From Candidatus Falkowbacteria bacterium (GTDB lineage: Archaea > Iainarchaeota > Iainarchaeia > Iainarchaeales > GCA-2688035), in contig JAFCBY010000034.1 in NCBI GenBank assembly GCA_017610485.1, positions 1 to 25,589 of the forward strand: a stretch of DNA of 25,589 nt, in the 5' to 3' direction. The notes beneath the pieces are model-generated. The model had not been told where the DNA came from. It made no database searches and saw nothing but the letters and a program-made list of their open reading frames with translations. Position numbers and translations under genes: made by a program. Shown here one piece after another: positions 15,898 through 24,928 of the stretch. How positions within the stretch are numbered: position 1 is the first letter of the stretch; the number at the start of each line of letters is the position of its first letter.

Positions 15898-16452
15898 TCA
15901 CCTAAGCAAATATCCCCTTGCAATCTTTCTTGGCTCGCTGCATCCGCAGCTCAGGCACCTTAAAGACCGGTCAAATATGTGCAGTGGCTCCCTGCACCTG
16001 CTGCAGAATGCCTTTACAACGCCGAGCTCAGGCTCGTTTGTTGAAACGTCAATGGCCTGCGGCGTCAGCTTTGTTATCCTTGCCTTGACTATGTCGCCTA
16101 TCTTGAAGCAGTCTCTCAGGCTCTCAACATAGTCACGACTTACATTTCTTACCGGCAGCATTGCGCTGCTTTGGCCAATTATCTGCTTTTCTCCCTCCGG
16201 AGGCTGGCACAAAGAAATGGTGAGGGAATTCTCCTTCACCAGAGTTACAAGGCCGTAGACAATGCTTCCCACTTTCAGGGTCTGCATTTGCTTTATTGGC
16301 TTCACCCCTATTTCCTTGGTTTTGCTGTTGATTTCAACATGCCCTGTGCTGCCACTGCATACTTCGCCCTCGCATTCGTAAGCGTTTTTTCCCGGCACAT
16401 ACTCTTCTTCAGTGCTTAGGAATTCTCCCGGCAACACCAGTTTTTCCGTCAT
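15898..16452 (-). CDS. csl4: Exosome complex RNA-binding protein Csl4
   Basis: VLPGEFL..EEYVPG, S1 domain FKIGDIVKARI, LGVVKAFCSRC...CLSCG..EPRKIA. Confidence 0.93.
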   Translation of the reverse strand: MTEKLVLPGEFLSTEEEYVPGKNAYECEGEVCSGSTGHVEINSKTKEIGVKPIKQMQTLKVGSIVYGLVTLVKENSLTISLCQPPEGEKQIIGQSSAMLPVRNVSRDYVESLRDCFKIGDIVKARITKLTPQAIDVSTNEPELGVVKAFCSRCREPLHIFDRSLRCLSCGCSEPRKIARGYLLR

Positions 16453-16550
16453 ACCAAAAAACCTTGAAAATCAGCAGAAAACAGTAACATTATTATTGTC
16501 CTGCAATATATTCTCTTAACAACAAGTTATTTAAATCATGGTGTTGCCCC

Positions 16551-17334
16551 TTGGTGCTTGAATCAGTGTTGACCTGGAAAGAAGCCTTGAAGCACCCCTT
16601 TTTCATGCTGGCTGCATCCTGCCTCATTTGCTCTGTTTCTCTCTGGATTGCCTTCATGTCATTCCCAAAAAGCGCTTCAATCCTGTCAATTGCATTTGTG
16701 ACAATTACACTCGTGCCCCTGTTCCACTCGATTTTCAAGCGCGAGGAGGAAAAGGAGGCTGAAAGGCCGAAGTTTTGCGCCTTTTTCCTGGCAAGGCATT
16801 TCAACGTGGTAAAGGTTTACGCATTCTTCTTTCTCGGCATGATTTTGACTTACGCCTTCTGGTACAGCGTTGTCCCGATTGAAACAAGGCAGCTCATGTT
16901 TGCCGAGCAGGAGACAACCCTGGGAAGCATTGACAACCTCAGAGAAACACGTGCTGTTTCCCACCCTGATTTTGTCGTTTATCTATGGCGCGGGTGCAAT
17001 TTTCCTGATTGGCTGGAATGCTTCTGTTTTGGGCGTGCTTATTGGCAAGGACATTGTTTTCTATGCCGCGAGCCACGGCGGGATAACAGCCTTGTTCATT
17101 GCAGTAAACAGGTTCCTCAGCCTGTTCCCGCACGGCATCTTCGAATCCATGGGTTACTTTGTGGGTGCGATTGCAGGCGGAATCATTGGGGCTGCCGCAA
17201 CCAAGAAAAGGCACCTGCGAGGGGAAATGGGAACGATCACCAAAGACGTGATAGTAATGGTCTTGTACGCAATCGGCCTAATGGTAATTGGGGCATTGAT
17301 TGAAGCCTATGCAATTGTGTCAGCCATTGGATAA
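16551..17334 (+). pseudogene. SpoIIM/DUF95-like membrane protein, frameshifted at ~16941-16948
   Basis: The N-half (TTG start, MVLES...FFLGM...Q) and C-half (LSFIYGAGAIFLIGWNASVLG, PHGIFE..GYF, ALIEA) lie in different frames. Confidence 0.75.
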
Positions 17335-17378
17335 AGCAGAATTGGACTGTTTTATTCCTGGACTTCTCAACCCTGGCT

Positions 17379-18350
17379 TTACTTCTTTTTCTTCTTTACC
17401 CTCTTTTTCGTCTGGGCTTTTTCTTGGGGAGTGAGAAGTGATTGCACTGCCGGCGCGTACTTCTTGAACATTTCTTCCAGGGCAGGACCTGACTTTGAGC
17501 CGCCGGCAATTGACTCAGCCAGCTTTGTTATCTCCATTGGGAACAAGAATTTTGTTGATTTACCCTCACCCAGTTTCTCCAATGCCCGGATGTAGTAGTA
17601 TGACATGGCCTTGTCGCTCAGCTGCTCGGCCGCTCTCTTCACAGTTTCGATCTCATATTCGTGGGCCTTTGCTTTCTCCATTCTTGCAAGCTTTTCCTGC
17701 TCTGCTGCCTTTTCATAGTGGATTGCATCCTGAACCGTCTTTGGAATGTCAACGTCCTTTATTTCAACGCTTTCGCACTCAATACCCCAGGAACTGCCCA
17801 TTTTTTCCAGACCCTCCTTTATTTTTGTGTTTATGGTCTTGATGTTGCTTATTACATCATCCAAGGTCATGCTTCCAAGCACGTCCCTCAAGGCGGCTAT
17901 GACATAGAGCTTTGCCGCATGCCTGTAGTCCTCAACCGCTATAACACTCTTTACTACAGACTCCTTGTCCTTCCTAATGCTCAGGTAAATCACTGCGTCA
18001 ATGCCAAGCTCGATCTTTCCCTTTGTGATGACCTGCTGTCTTGGAACGTCGATTGTTTGCGTTCTAAGGTCCACAATTGTCGGCTTTTCAATAAACGGAA
18101 ACATCAGGCACCAGCCCGGCCCCCCGACCCTTTTGACCTTTCCAAAGCGCATTATTACAGCCCTCTGGTATTCCTCAAGCTGCAGCAGAAGGTCGCCCTT
18201 CCAGGCAAGAAACAAGAAAAATACAGCGAGAACAAGCCAGAGCGCATTCTCTATAATCACATTGAAGTTTGAAACAAACGAAACGGCAAGACTGAAAATT
18301 AGGAATATTAGGAAAATGAATATGACATATTTCCAGTTTTGCGAAGCCAT
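17379..18350 (-). CDS. SPFH/band 7 (stomatin-like) membrane protein
   Basis: EYQRAVIMRFGK...GPG, VDLRTQTIDVPRQQVITK, LRDVLGSMTLDD, WGI..ESVEIKDVDIP, AEQEK.AR. Confidence 0.93.
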   Translation of the reverse strand: MASQNWKYVIFIFLIFLIFSLAVSFVSNFNVIIENALWLVLAVFFLFLAWKGDLLLQLEEYQRAVIMRFGKVKRVGGPGWCLMFPFIEKPTIVDLRTQTIDVPRQQVITKGKIELGIDAVIYLSIRKDKESVVKSVIAVEDYRHAAKLYVIAALRDVLGSMTLDDVISNIKTINTKIKEGLEKMGSSWGIECESVEIKDVDIPKTVQDAIHYEKAAEQEKLARMEKAKAHEYEIETVKRAAEQLSDKAMSYYYIRALEKLGEGKSTKFLFPMEITKLAESIAGGSKSGPALEEMFKKYAPAVQSLLTPQEKAQTKKRVKKKKK

Positions 18351-18362
18351 TTTTTTCCTCAC

Positions 18363-18394
18363 TTTTTTGTGAACTGCTCAATTTTTTGTGAACT
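18363..18394. repeat. 13-bp direct repeat in a divergent promoter region
   Basis: ttttttgtgaact at 18363-18375 and 18382-18394. Confidence 0.8.
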
Positions 18395-18462
18395 ACGTGC
18401 TTTAAATATATTTTAGTGAATCATTTATATATAACTTTGCTATTAATTGAGACGTGGCCAAA

Positions 18463-19504
18463 ATGGATAACTTGCTTGTAGTATGCGTTGACAGGGACAA
18501 CGACCTTGGCAAAAAGACAGGAATAAAGGGCCCTGTTATTGGGCGGGAAAAAAACCTTGAGGCCGCCTCCAAACTCGCCTTGGCTGACCCAGGGGAGTCA
18601 GATGGTAACAGACGGCTCGGAGGACGACCAGATAATCCCAATCCTGCAAAGCCATGCAAAGATAGTCTCAAAGGAAACCGTCATAATTAAGCAGGCGCAG
18701 CAAATTGAGTCAGCCTTCTTCACACTGAAGGAGGTCATAAAGGATCCCTATGTTGCAAGAATTGTTTTTGGAATTCCCGCCATTTTGCTTCTGCTCTTTG
18801 TTGCCGTTGGCACAATGTCCTTCCAGATAATTGCATTTGTTTTGGGCGTTTACCTCCTGCTAAAGGGCTTCGGACTGGAGGAGCCCATCCTGGACAGGTT
18901 CAGAAGCCTTGGAAACATCTCTGTCCAAAGAATAAGCTTTCCGTTCTACATAGGAAGCATTTTCGTAGGGGCCTTTGGCGTAATCACGGCCTACACTGAA
19001 TTTGCGAAAAGCCCGCTGACAGACCCGTTGCTGGACTCAGTTAGAATTGTGCAGGCCACCTACCTGTTCATTGCTTTGGCAGCCCTCATCGGAGTCGCTG
19101 GCAGGGGCATTGACGTGGTTCACCTGAAGAAAGCGTTTTTGCTGAGAAAATACATGCTTACTGGAATAAGCATTCTCCTCTTTTGGTGGATTCTGGATAC
19201 CGCAACCCTTGTTTTGCTGAGGGAGGTTGACCTAAACCTATTCCTTACAACCATCCTCGGAAGCTTCCTGGTCCTGCTCCTGGCCTTCAGGCTAAGCGAG
19301 GTCCTGGATGTGAGAGAAAAGGTAACAAGGCTGCTGGTGGGCCTCCCAATTTACACGATCGAGGGAACCTGGCTTGGCAGGGTTGAGGCAATCGACAAGA
19401 GAAAGAAAAGCATTACCTACCTGAACAGGAAGAACAGCAAGCCAATTGAAGTCGGAAAGAAGCGCTTCTCCCTGAGAAAGGGAAAGATAGTGCTAAGCGC
19501 CTGA
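18463..19504 (+). pseudogene. DUF373 family membrane protein with internal deletion/frameshift at ~18601
   Basis: [40 protein letters not shown] in one frame, then [16 protein letters not shown]...KQAQQIES in another; C-terminal PRC-barrel-like segment. Confidence 0.82.
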
Positions 19505-19545
19505 AGGGAAAACTGCTTAACGCAATTAAAAAAATTGGCTTGTTA

Positions 19546-19565
19546 GGAAACCTGTATTGGTTTCC
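19546..19565. terminator. Hairpin downstream of DUF373 (possible terminator)
   Basis: ggaaacc-tgtatt-ggtttcc, a perfect 7-bp stem. Confidence 0.3.
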
Positions 19566-19681
19566 GGCTTATTTGCTCTTCCAGTCTTACCCTAACCACT
19601 GCCAAAAAAAAGCCCAATCAACAACTATATATATACTAAAATAATCCCTCTAATAGTATATTCAATGCGGGAAAACTTTAA

Positions 19682-21280
19682 ATGGCCAAACTCGTTTGCT
19701 TGCTGATTCCATTCCTTGCAATATTCCTTGCAACACCAGCCTTTGCTCAAGCCTGCACCACAGACGCGGAATGCGAACCAAGAGGCCCGGGCTTTGAATG
19801 CAATGACTCAAGCCAATGCGAATGGATGCCGCCTATTGGAATTCCAAAACCGGAATTTGGAATTGAGGAAACATATAGAATGTATGATGTTGAAGCCAGC
19901 AGGAATTCCGGTTTGACTTACAACCCAAGCAGCCAAAGCGGCTTCTATACGCACTACGTCGACAACACCGCGCCAGGGGGATGCGATAATGGCAGTAACG
20001 GGACAGAGGCAAGCCCAAGATGCGAAATCCCAACCAGCCTGCCAGAGGGAAGCATAGTAGAAGTGCACGGCGGGCCCTACTCTGACCAGGACGGCATAGC
20101 CATTGATTCAAGCGGTACAAGCACACAGCCTGTCTTTGTGAGGGGAATTGGCAGACCGGCCGTCCTGCCGGGCGGCACAGGCGGATGGCAGAAAACGTTC
20201 AGCTTAAGAGGCAGCTACGCAATTGTTGAAAATTTTGAATTTGACGGAAGCAGGGTACGCATGACAGATCCCTCTTACCACCACCTGGCCATAAGAAATT
20301 CTGATGTGCACAGTGTAGACTCTACTGCAGTCGCCACGAATGGCCAGCACCTCGTCATATACAACAACGAAATTCATGACACAGGCAACTGGCAGGTTTA
20401 TGACCAGGATTATGACTACCACGGCATAAAGGTAAACGGCCAGAATGTCACAATAGTTGACAACAGCTTTTACCACCTTGCGGGCGACGGAATCCAGGTC
20501 AGCGGCGGCGACGGCGTTGTTGGGGAGGAGGACACCATTGACGTTGAAAACGTCTTTGTTGCAAGGAATTTGGGCTATGAGAATTCGCAGATACTCTTTG
20601 CATCAAAAACAGCAAGGAACGTTGTCTTTTCGCAGAACACAGTCTTCAACAATAGGGAAGATGACGTGCAGCACAGCGCAGGCGGACCCTTTGGCTACTG
20701 CCTTTTAAGCATGTTCAGGGCAAACAACATATGGTTTATCTTCAACACAGTCTACAACTGTGATACAGGCATTCTTGACTCAAGCAATTTGGGGCCAACC
20801 TATGCAATAGGCAACCTTATCCATGGCACAAATAGCGGCATTGGGCAGGTTGAGCACGCATACCAGAACACTGTTTTTAATTCTGGAAGAAGCTTTTTCA
20901 ACGTGGGAACTGAGGCAAACAATCTGGTTGCAAGCCCTGACGATGCAGGCCTTGACCAGCTTTTTGAAGATTTGGACGGCAACAACTTTAGATTGCAGGT
21001 AGGAAGCCCTGCAATAGATACAGGCAGCCAGCCCCAAAGCTTGGATGAAGTGCTCGACCTCTACGAGGCAACCTTTAGGGAAAGCATACGGCTTGACCTT
21101 GACAGAGTTGCAAGGCCGCAGGGAACGGAATGGGACCTAGGAGCATTTGAGTTCCAGAGCAGTTCCTGCGTTGACACAGACGCCCTTTTAGACTTCATCT
21201 CCCAATGGGCGCAGGGCAATATCACAATGCCAACACTCATTAGTAGAATAGCCGCCTGGAAAGCAGGAACAGGGTGCTAA
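19682..21280 (+). CDS. Secreted right-handed parallel beta-helix (pectin-lyase-like) protein
   Basis: Signal peptide; repeated I.NN.IH, DGIQ, N..Y.N motifs; choice-of-anchor-Q-like FRLQVGSPAIDTG...RPQG..WDLGAFE; short C-terminal helical module ending WKAGTGC. Confidence 0.8.
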   Translation: MAKLVCLLIPFLAIFLATPAFAQACTTDAECEPRGPGFECNDSSQCEWMPPIGIPKPEFGIEETYRMYDVEASRNSGLTYNPSSQSGFYTHYVDNTAPGGCDNGSNGTEASPRCEIPTSLPEGSIVEVHGGPYSDQDGIAIDSSGTSTQPVFVRGIGRPAVLPGGTGGWQKTFSLRGSYAIVENFEFDGSRVRMTDPSYHHLAIRNSDVHSVDSTAVATNGQHLVIYNNEIHDTGNWQVYDQDYDYHGIKVNGQNVTIVDNSFYHLAGDGIQVSGGDGVVGEEDTIDVENVFVARNLGYENSQILFASKTARNVVFSQNTVFNNREDDVQHSAGGPFGYCLLSMFRANNIWFIFNTVYNCDTGILDSSNLGPTYAIGNLIHGTNSGIGQVEHAYQNTVFNSGRSFFNVGTEANNLVASPDDAGLDQLFEDLDGNNFRLQVGSPAIDTGSQPQSLDEVLDLYEATFRESIRLDLDRVARPQGTEWDLGAFEFQSSSCVDTDALLDFISQWAQGNITMPTLISRIAAWKAGTGC

Positions 21281-21396
21281 AAAAAAGCAACCGACTCTGG
21301 TACAAAACTCAGTCATTCATGTGTTTGGCTGAGAAGTTGCGCAGGGTTGCCCTGCTGAATGCTGCTGTTATGATGCGTTCTACTAGTCGTTGTCTT

Positions 21397-21770
21397 ATGG
21401 CGCCAAACTTGCGTTTGTCTTTGGAAAAGGCATTAGAATACGTTGGCTTTGCAAAGAAAAACCTTGAAATGGACTTGTACGAAACTGCGATAATGCTTGC
21501 ATACAACCCATGTTTCATGCGGCAAGGGCAATTGCCTTCAAGGACGGCGTTGTCGAAAGAAGCCATTTTGCATTGATTAAATACTTGGTTGAAAAGCACG
21601 GCAAGGAACTGAACAAGGGAATGCTGAACAAGCTTGACTTTTACAGAAAAATAAGGCACTCTTTGAACTATGGGCTTGACAGCAAGGCCAACGAAGAGCA
21701 AGCGGAAAAGGCCATAGAGTTTGCGGAAAAGTTTCTTGAAGAGGCAACTGAATTCCTGGAGGGAGTGTGA
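21397..21770 (+). pseudogene. HEPN domain protein, frameshifted at ~21508 (5' end uncertain)
   Basis: SLEKALEYV..AKKNLE..LYE.AI..AYN in one frame continues as MFHAARA...ERSH...RKIRH..YG (Rx4-6H) in another. Confidence 0.78.
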
Positions 21771-22090
21771 GTAAAGGGTCAAACTTTTCTTGAATTGCAG
21801 TCTGTTTCCAAGCACTTTGGCGGAGTGCACGCCCTGTAAGACGTTTCCTTCAAGCTGAAGAAGGACAAGACTTTGGGATTGGTTGGGGGAAAACGGCTAT
21901 GGAAAGACAATTTTGCTGAATGCTATCACGAAAAGGGTTGAGCCTGACAGGGGCGAAATACAGTTTAAGGAAAAAAGGATTGGCAAACCGCCTGCGTACA
22001 GGATTGCAAGGCTTGGGGGTTGGAAGAATCTTCCAGTTTTGTTTGACGGGCCGTTTGCTGAATTGACTGCAAGGCCTTCGTCCTGCAATT
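21767..22090 (+). pseudogene. Degraded LivG/LivF-like ABC ATPase fragment
   Basis: Reconstructed FLELQSVSKHFGGVHAL*DVSF...LGLVGENGYGKT...EPDRGEIQF...RIARLGVGRIFQ, with an in-frame TAA (21837) and +1 shifts in homopolymer runs at ~21788, ~21888 and ~22018. Confidence 0.82.
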
Positions 22091-22187
22091 GGAAAATTGC
22101 CGGCATTGGAATCAACAAAAAGAGGGCCAGCCTCAATGCTGTCGCTTCCAAGGACCGCTGGCAAAGTCAAAGGGCGGGCTTAGGCGA

Positions 22188-23618
22188 CTAAGAAATCGCT
22201 TTTTTGGCGATGTCTGCCGAACTTGGCTTTGGCAAAAAGCTGAGGATCTTTTTCAAGGAGAGAAGAAGCTTGCTTGTCTTGTGGCCCTTGACAAAGGCGT
22301 GCTGCAAAACATCGTTCAGGGTGGAAACAGGAATAACCCTAATCTTCTTGAGCTCTGATTCAGGCAGTACAATGTCTGCCTGGTTTACCCTTGGGATGAC
22401 AACCTCCTTGAATCCGGCCTTGATTGCGGCCTGAATCTTGCTGCTCACACCCCCAATCGGCAAAACCTCACCCCTTACTGAAAGGGAACCGGTCATTGCA
22501 AGGCTTTGCTTTATCGGAATTTGCTCTGCCGCACTTATGACGGCAGTGGCAACGCTTACCGAAGCTGAATCTCCCTCAACGCCCTCGTAGGTCTGCAAAA
22601 ACTGGATGTGGAGGTCGTGCCTGCTCACGTCCTTTCCCGAAACCTTTTTGATCAAAGCGCTTACATTCTGCACGGCTTCCTTGGCAATCTCGCCCAGCTT
22701 TCCTGTCGCAATTATCCTGCCCTCGCTTCTGCTTGCAGCAGGAGCCATTTCAGCTTCAATAGGCAAAATCATTCCAGCTGAGCCGTCACTGCTTACTGCA
22801 AGGCCGTTGACCCTTCCAACAACGTTTCCCTCTGTAAGATAAACCTCATACTCTTTCTTCAAGTCAAGGAACTTGTCAACCATTTGCTGTTCAAGGGTTC
22901 TTGCAGAAAACTTGGCCTGGGTCAGGTCCTCCGGCTGGACCAAAGCATGGCCCTTTTCCTTTGCAATGTCCCCGGCAGCGCGAATCAGGCCGCCAAGGTC
23001 ACGAAGTTTCAAAGTAAGCCTGTTCTTTCTATCCGCGCGCCTTCTTGCCTCAAAGATTATTTGGTCAGCAGCCTCCTTTGTAAAATGCGGGATTTTCCCG
23101 TCCTTCTTGACCTCCTGGGCAATGAACTGGACAATCTTGGCCCTATTTGCCTCATTGTCAGGCATGTCAACATTCATATAAATCTCATAGCCATAGCCCC
23201 GAATCCTGCTTCTAAGTGCGGGGTGCACTTTTTTCAGGTCAGCGTAATTGCCGCTTGCAACAAGGACAAAGTCGCATGGAACAGGAGCAGTTCGGGTCAT
23301 GGCACCAGAGCTAAGCTCGCTTTGGCCAGTAATAGGATACTTTTTTTCTTGCATTGCAGTCAAGAGCTCCTGCTGTGCTTTTTGGGTTAGGGTGGCAATC
23401 TCGTCCAGGAAAAGGACGCCGCCGGAAGCCCTGTGAATCATTCCAGGCTCAACCCTTAAATGTGCGGGCGTACCAAGGCCGCCCGAGTTGTGAACCAGGA
23501 TATCCTCGACAAAGAGGTTGCCTGTCTCTGTTGTCACGTTGTAGACATAGCCCTTGAACGGCCTTGTGGAAACGGAGGAAACCCTTTGGGAAAGGGCTTT
23601 GAAATTCTTTTCTTCCAT
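22188..23618 (-). CDS. lonB: Split LonB protease, C-terminal half, preceded by a 44-aa C-intein (IntC)
   Basis: After HN: [15 protein letters not shown], Walker [18 protein letters not shown], protease domain with EGDSAS (Ser) and [10 protein letters not shown] (Lys). Confidence 0.95.
   Translation of the reverse strand: MEEKNFKALSQRVSSVSTRPFKGYVYNVTTETGNLFVEDILVHNSGGLGTPAHLRVEPGMIHRASGGVLFLDEIATLTQKAQQELLTAMQEKKYPITGQSELSSGAMTRTAPVPCDFVLVASGNYADLKKVHPALRSRIRGYGYEIYMNVDMPDNEANRAKIVQFIAQEVKKDGKIPHFTKEAADQIIFEARRRADRKNRLTLKLRDLGGLIRAAGDIAKEKGHALVQPEDLTQAKFSARTLEQQMVDKFLDLKKEYEVYLTEGNVVGRVNGLAVSSDGSAGMILPIEAEMAPAASRSEGRIIATGKLGEIAKEAVQNVSALIKKVSGKDVSRHDLHIQFLQTYEGVEGDSASVSVATAVISAAEQIPIKQSLAMTGSLSVRGEVLPIGGVSSKIQAAIKAGFKEVVIPRVNQADIVLPESELKKIRVIPVSTLNDVLQHAFVKGHKTSKLLLSLKKILSFLPKPSSADIAKKAIS
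23487..23618 (-). other. C-terminal half of split intein (IntC, 44 aa)
   Basis: [23 protein letters not shown]|S gives blocks F and G with the canonical His-Asn terminus and Ser+1. Confidence 0.93.
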
Positions 23619-23640
23619 TAAGGAGACTAATGTTGGAAAT

Positions 23641-23660
23641 GCTTTAAATGCTTTGGCTTT
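23641..23660 (-). promoter_or_regulatory. BRE/TATA-like promoter for IntC-lonC (leaderless)
   Basis: Minus strand reads AAAGCCAAAG CATTTAAAGC; TTTAAA lies 25-30 nt upstream of ATG 23618. Confidence 0.55.
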
Positions 23661-23700
23661 GGTTAGGCGATGATGAGGTTAGCATCCAAAAATTAAGGAA

Positions 23701-24804
23701 TTAGAAACCAAAATCATAGCCTTTTAGATTCAGCTCTTTTATTATTTGGAGCATTTCCTTTTGAATGCTTTTGTTGACTGGCACACCCTTGTCTTTCCTT
23801 TCAAGCCATGCAAGGTACTCTTTCTCGCCAGCAGTGTAAATTCTCTCCTGGTTAGGCATTTTCTTTGCAGCCCTCAAGTCCCTTAGGATGTCACCGGCCC
23901 TCTTTTTGAAGTCTTCAAGAACAGTGAAAGCGGAAACATCAATGGCTATAAAGAAGTGCCCCACATTTACACCGGTTATGTTCTTGAGAAATGCCGCTCC
24001 GGAAAGAGCAGCTGAAAGAATCTCCACAACCGTACAATAACCATAACCCTTGTGGCCACCAGTGCCCTCCCCGATTCCGCCCAAGGGAAGCAAGCTTGCA
24101 TTTCCCTTTAACATTTCCTCAAGAATTTCATCCGGGTTTGTCATTGAATTCCCATCCGAACCAACAACAAGGCCCTTTGGCACCCTTTTGCTGGCCCTGG
24201 CAGCTATCTCAACCGTACCTCTTTGAATTATTGGGGTTGCACAGTCCAAAACAAAAGGAAAATCTTCATCAGTTGGCATGCCAAACGAAAGTGGGTTGGT
24301 TCCCAACATGTTTTCTGCACCAAATGTTGGTGCAACTGCAGGGCGTGCACTTGTTCCGGAAATACCAATCATTCCCAGATCAGCTGCCATCATCGCATAA
24401 TAACCCGCTATCCCGTAATGGGTTGAGTTTCTTACAGCAACCATTCCCATGCCATACCCTTTGGCCTTTTCAATTGCAAGCTGCATTGATTTTTTCGAAA
24501 CCACCATGCCCATCCCAGTGTGGCAATCAACAACAGCGGTTGTAGGGCTTTCTTTGACAATTTCAAACTTGGTTACAGGCTTCTGCATGCCATTCCTAAT
24601 CCGGTCATAATAAATCGGTTTGAGGCGGCTTATCCCATGGGAGTCAATTCCCCTCTTATCTGCAGTAATTAAAACCTCAGCGCATGCTTTTGCATCCTCT
24701 TCCGGCACGCCCACTGCCTTAAACACATCCGCCATAAAGCGCTCCATTAAGTCGAAATCAACCCAGGCACAGTCTTCATACAGTGCAGCCTCCTTTGAAG
24801 ACAT
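23701..24804 (-). CDS. Ldh_2 family NAD(P)-dependent oxidoreductase (malate/L-lactate/sulfolactate dehydrogenase-like)
   Basis: ADKRGIDSHG, VAVRNSTHYG.AGYY, GTNPLSFG.P, LDCAT, GGHKGYG, GHFFIAID, YTAGEKE. Confidence 0.95.
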   Translation of the reverse strand: MSSKEAALYEDCAWVDFDLMERFMADVFKAVGVPEEDAKACAEVLITADKRGIDSHGISRLKPIYYDRIRNGMQKPVTKFEIVKESPTTAVVDCHTGMGMVVSKKSMQLAIEKAKGYGMGMVAVRNSTHYGIAGYYAMMAADLGMIGISGTSARPAVAPTFGAENMLGTNPLSFGMPTDEDFPFVLDCATPIIQRGTVEIAARASKRVPKGLVVGSDGNSMTNPDEILEEMLKGNASLLPLGGIGEGTGGHKGYGYCTVVEILSAALSGAAFLKNITGVNVGHFFIAIDVSAFTVLEDFKKRAGDILRDLRAAKKMPNQERIYTAGEKEYLAWLERKDKGVPVNKSIQKEMLQIIKELNLKGYDFGF

Positions 24805-24829
24805 CGTAGAATAGATATCTAAAAAAACA

Positions 24830-24837
24830 TTTATTAA
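24830..24837 (-). promoter_or_regulatory. TATA-like box for the Ldh_2 gene
   Basis: TTAATAAA lies 26-33 nt upstream of ATG 24804. Confidence 0.5.
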
Positions 24838-24895
24838 CCATTGACCTTGGATTAAGCGTGCAATGGCTTAAACCGAACAGCACACAAGCCGTAGG

Positions 24896-24914
24896 AAAAA
24901 ATTCCAATATTGGA
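24896..24914 (-). terminator. Candidate terminator after lonN-IntN
   Basis: Perfect palindrome tccaatattgga (24903-24914) followed on the minus strand by a T6 run (24896-24901). Confidence 0.4.
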
Positions 24915-24928
24915 GGTGGTGAGGCTTT

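Noticed and set aside
21340-21420. Possible remnant of an MNT antitoxin C-terminus (YDAFY*SLSYGAKL)
   Set aside because: Similarity is too short and weak to support by eye.
458-23390. Many long opposite-strand ORFs in the track (e.g. 458-907, 1522-2028, 4525-5133, 12275-12769, 14967-15536, 16493-16804, 17661-18272, 21309-21830, 22884-23390)
   Set aside because: They overlap well-supported genes antisense and have no recognisable motifs; treated as shadow ORFs.
23619-24928. Free-standing homing endonuclease between the intein halves
   Set aside because: No LAGLIDADG, HNH, GIY-YIG or Vsr-like motifs in the spacers; the long overlapping plus-strand ORFs are antisense shadows of the ldh gene.
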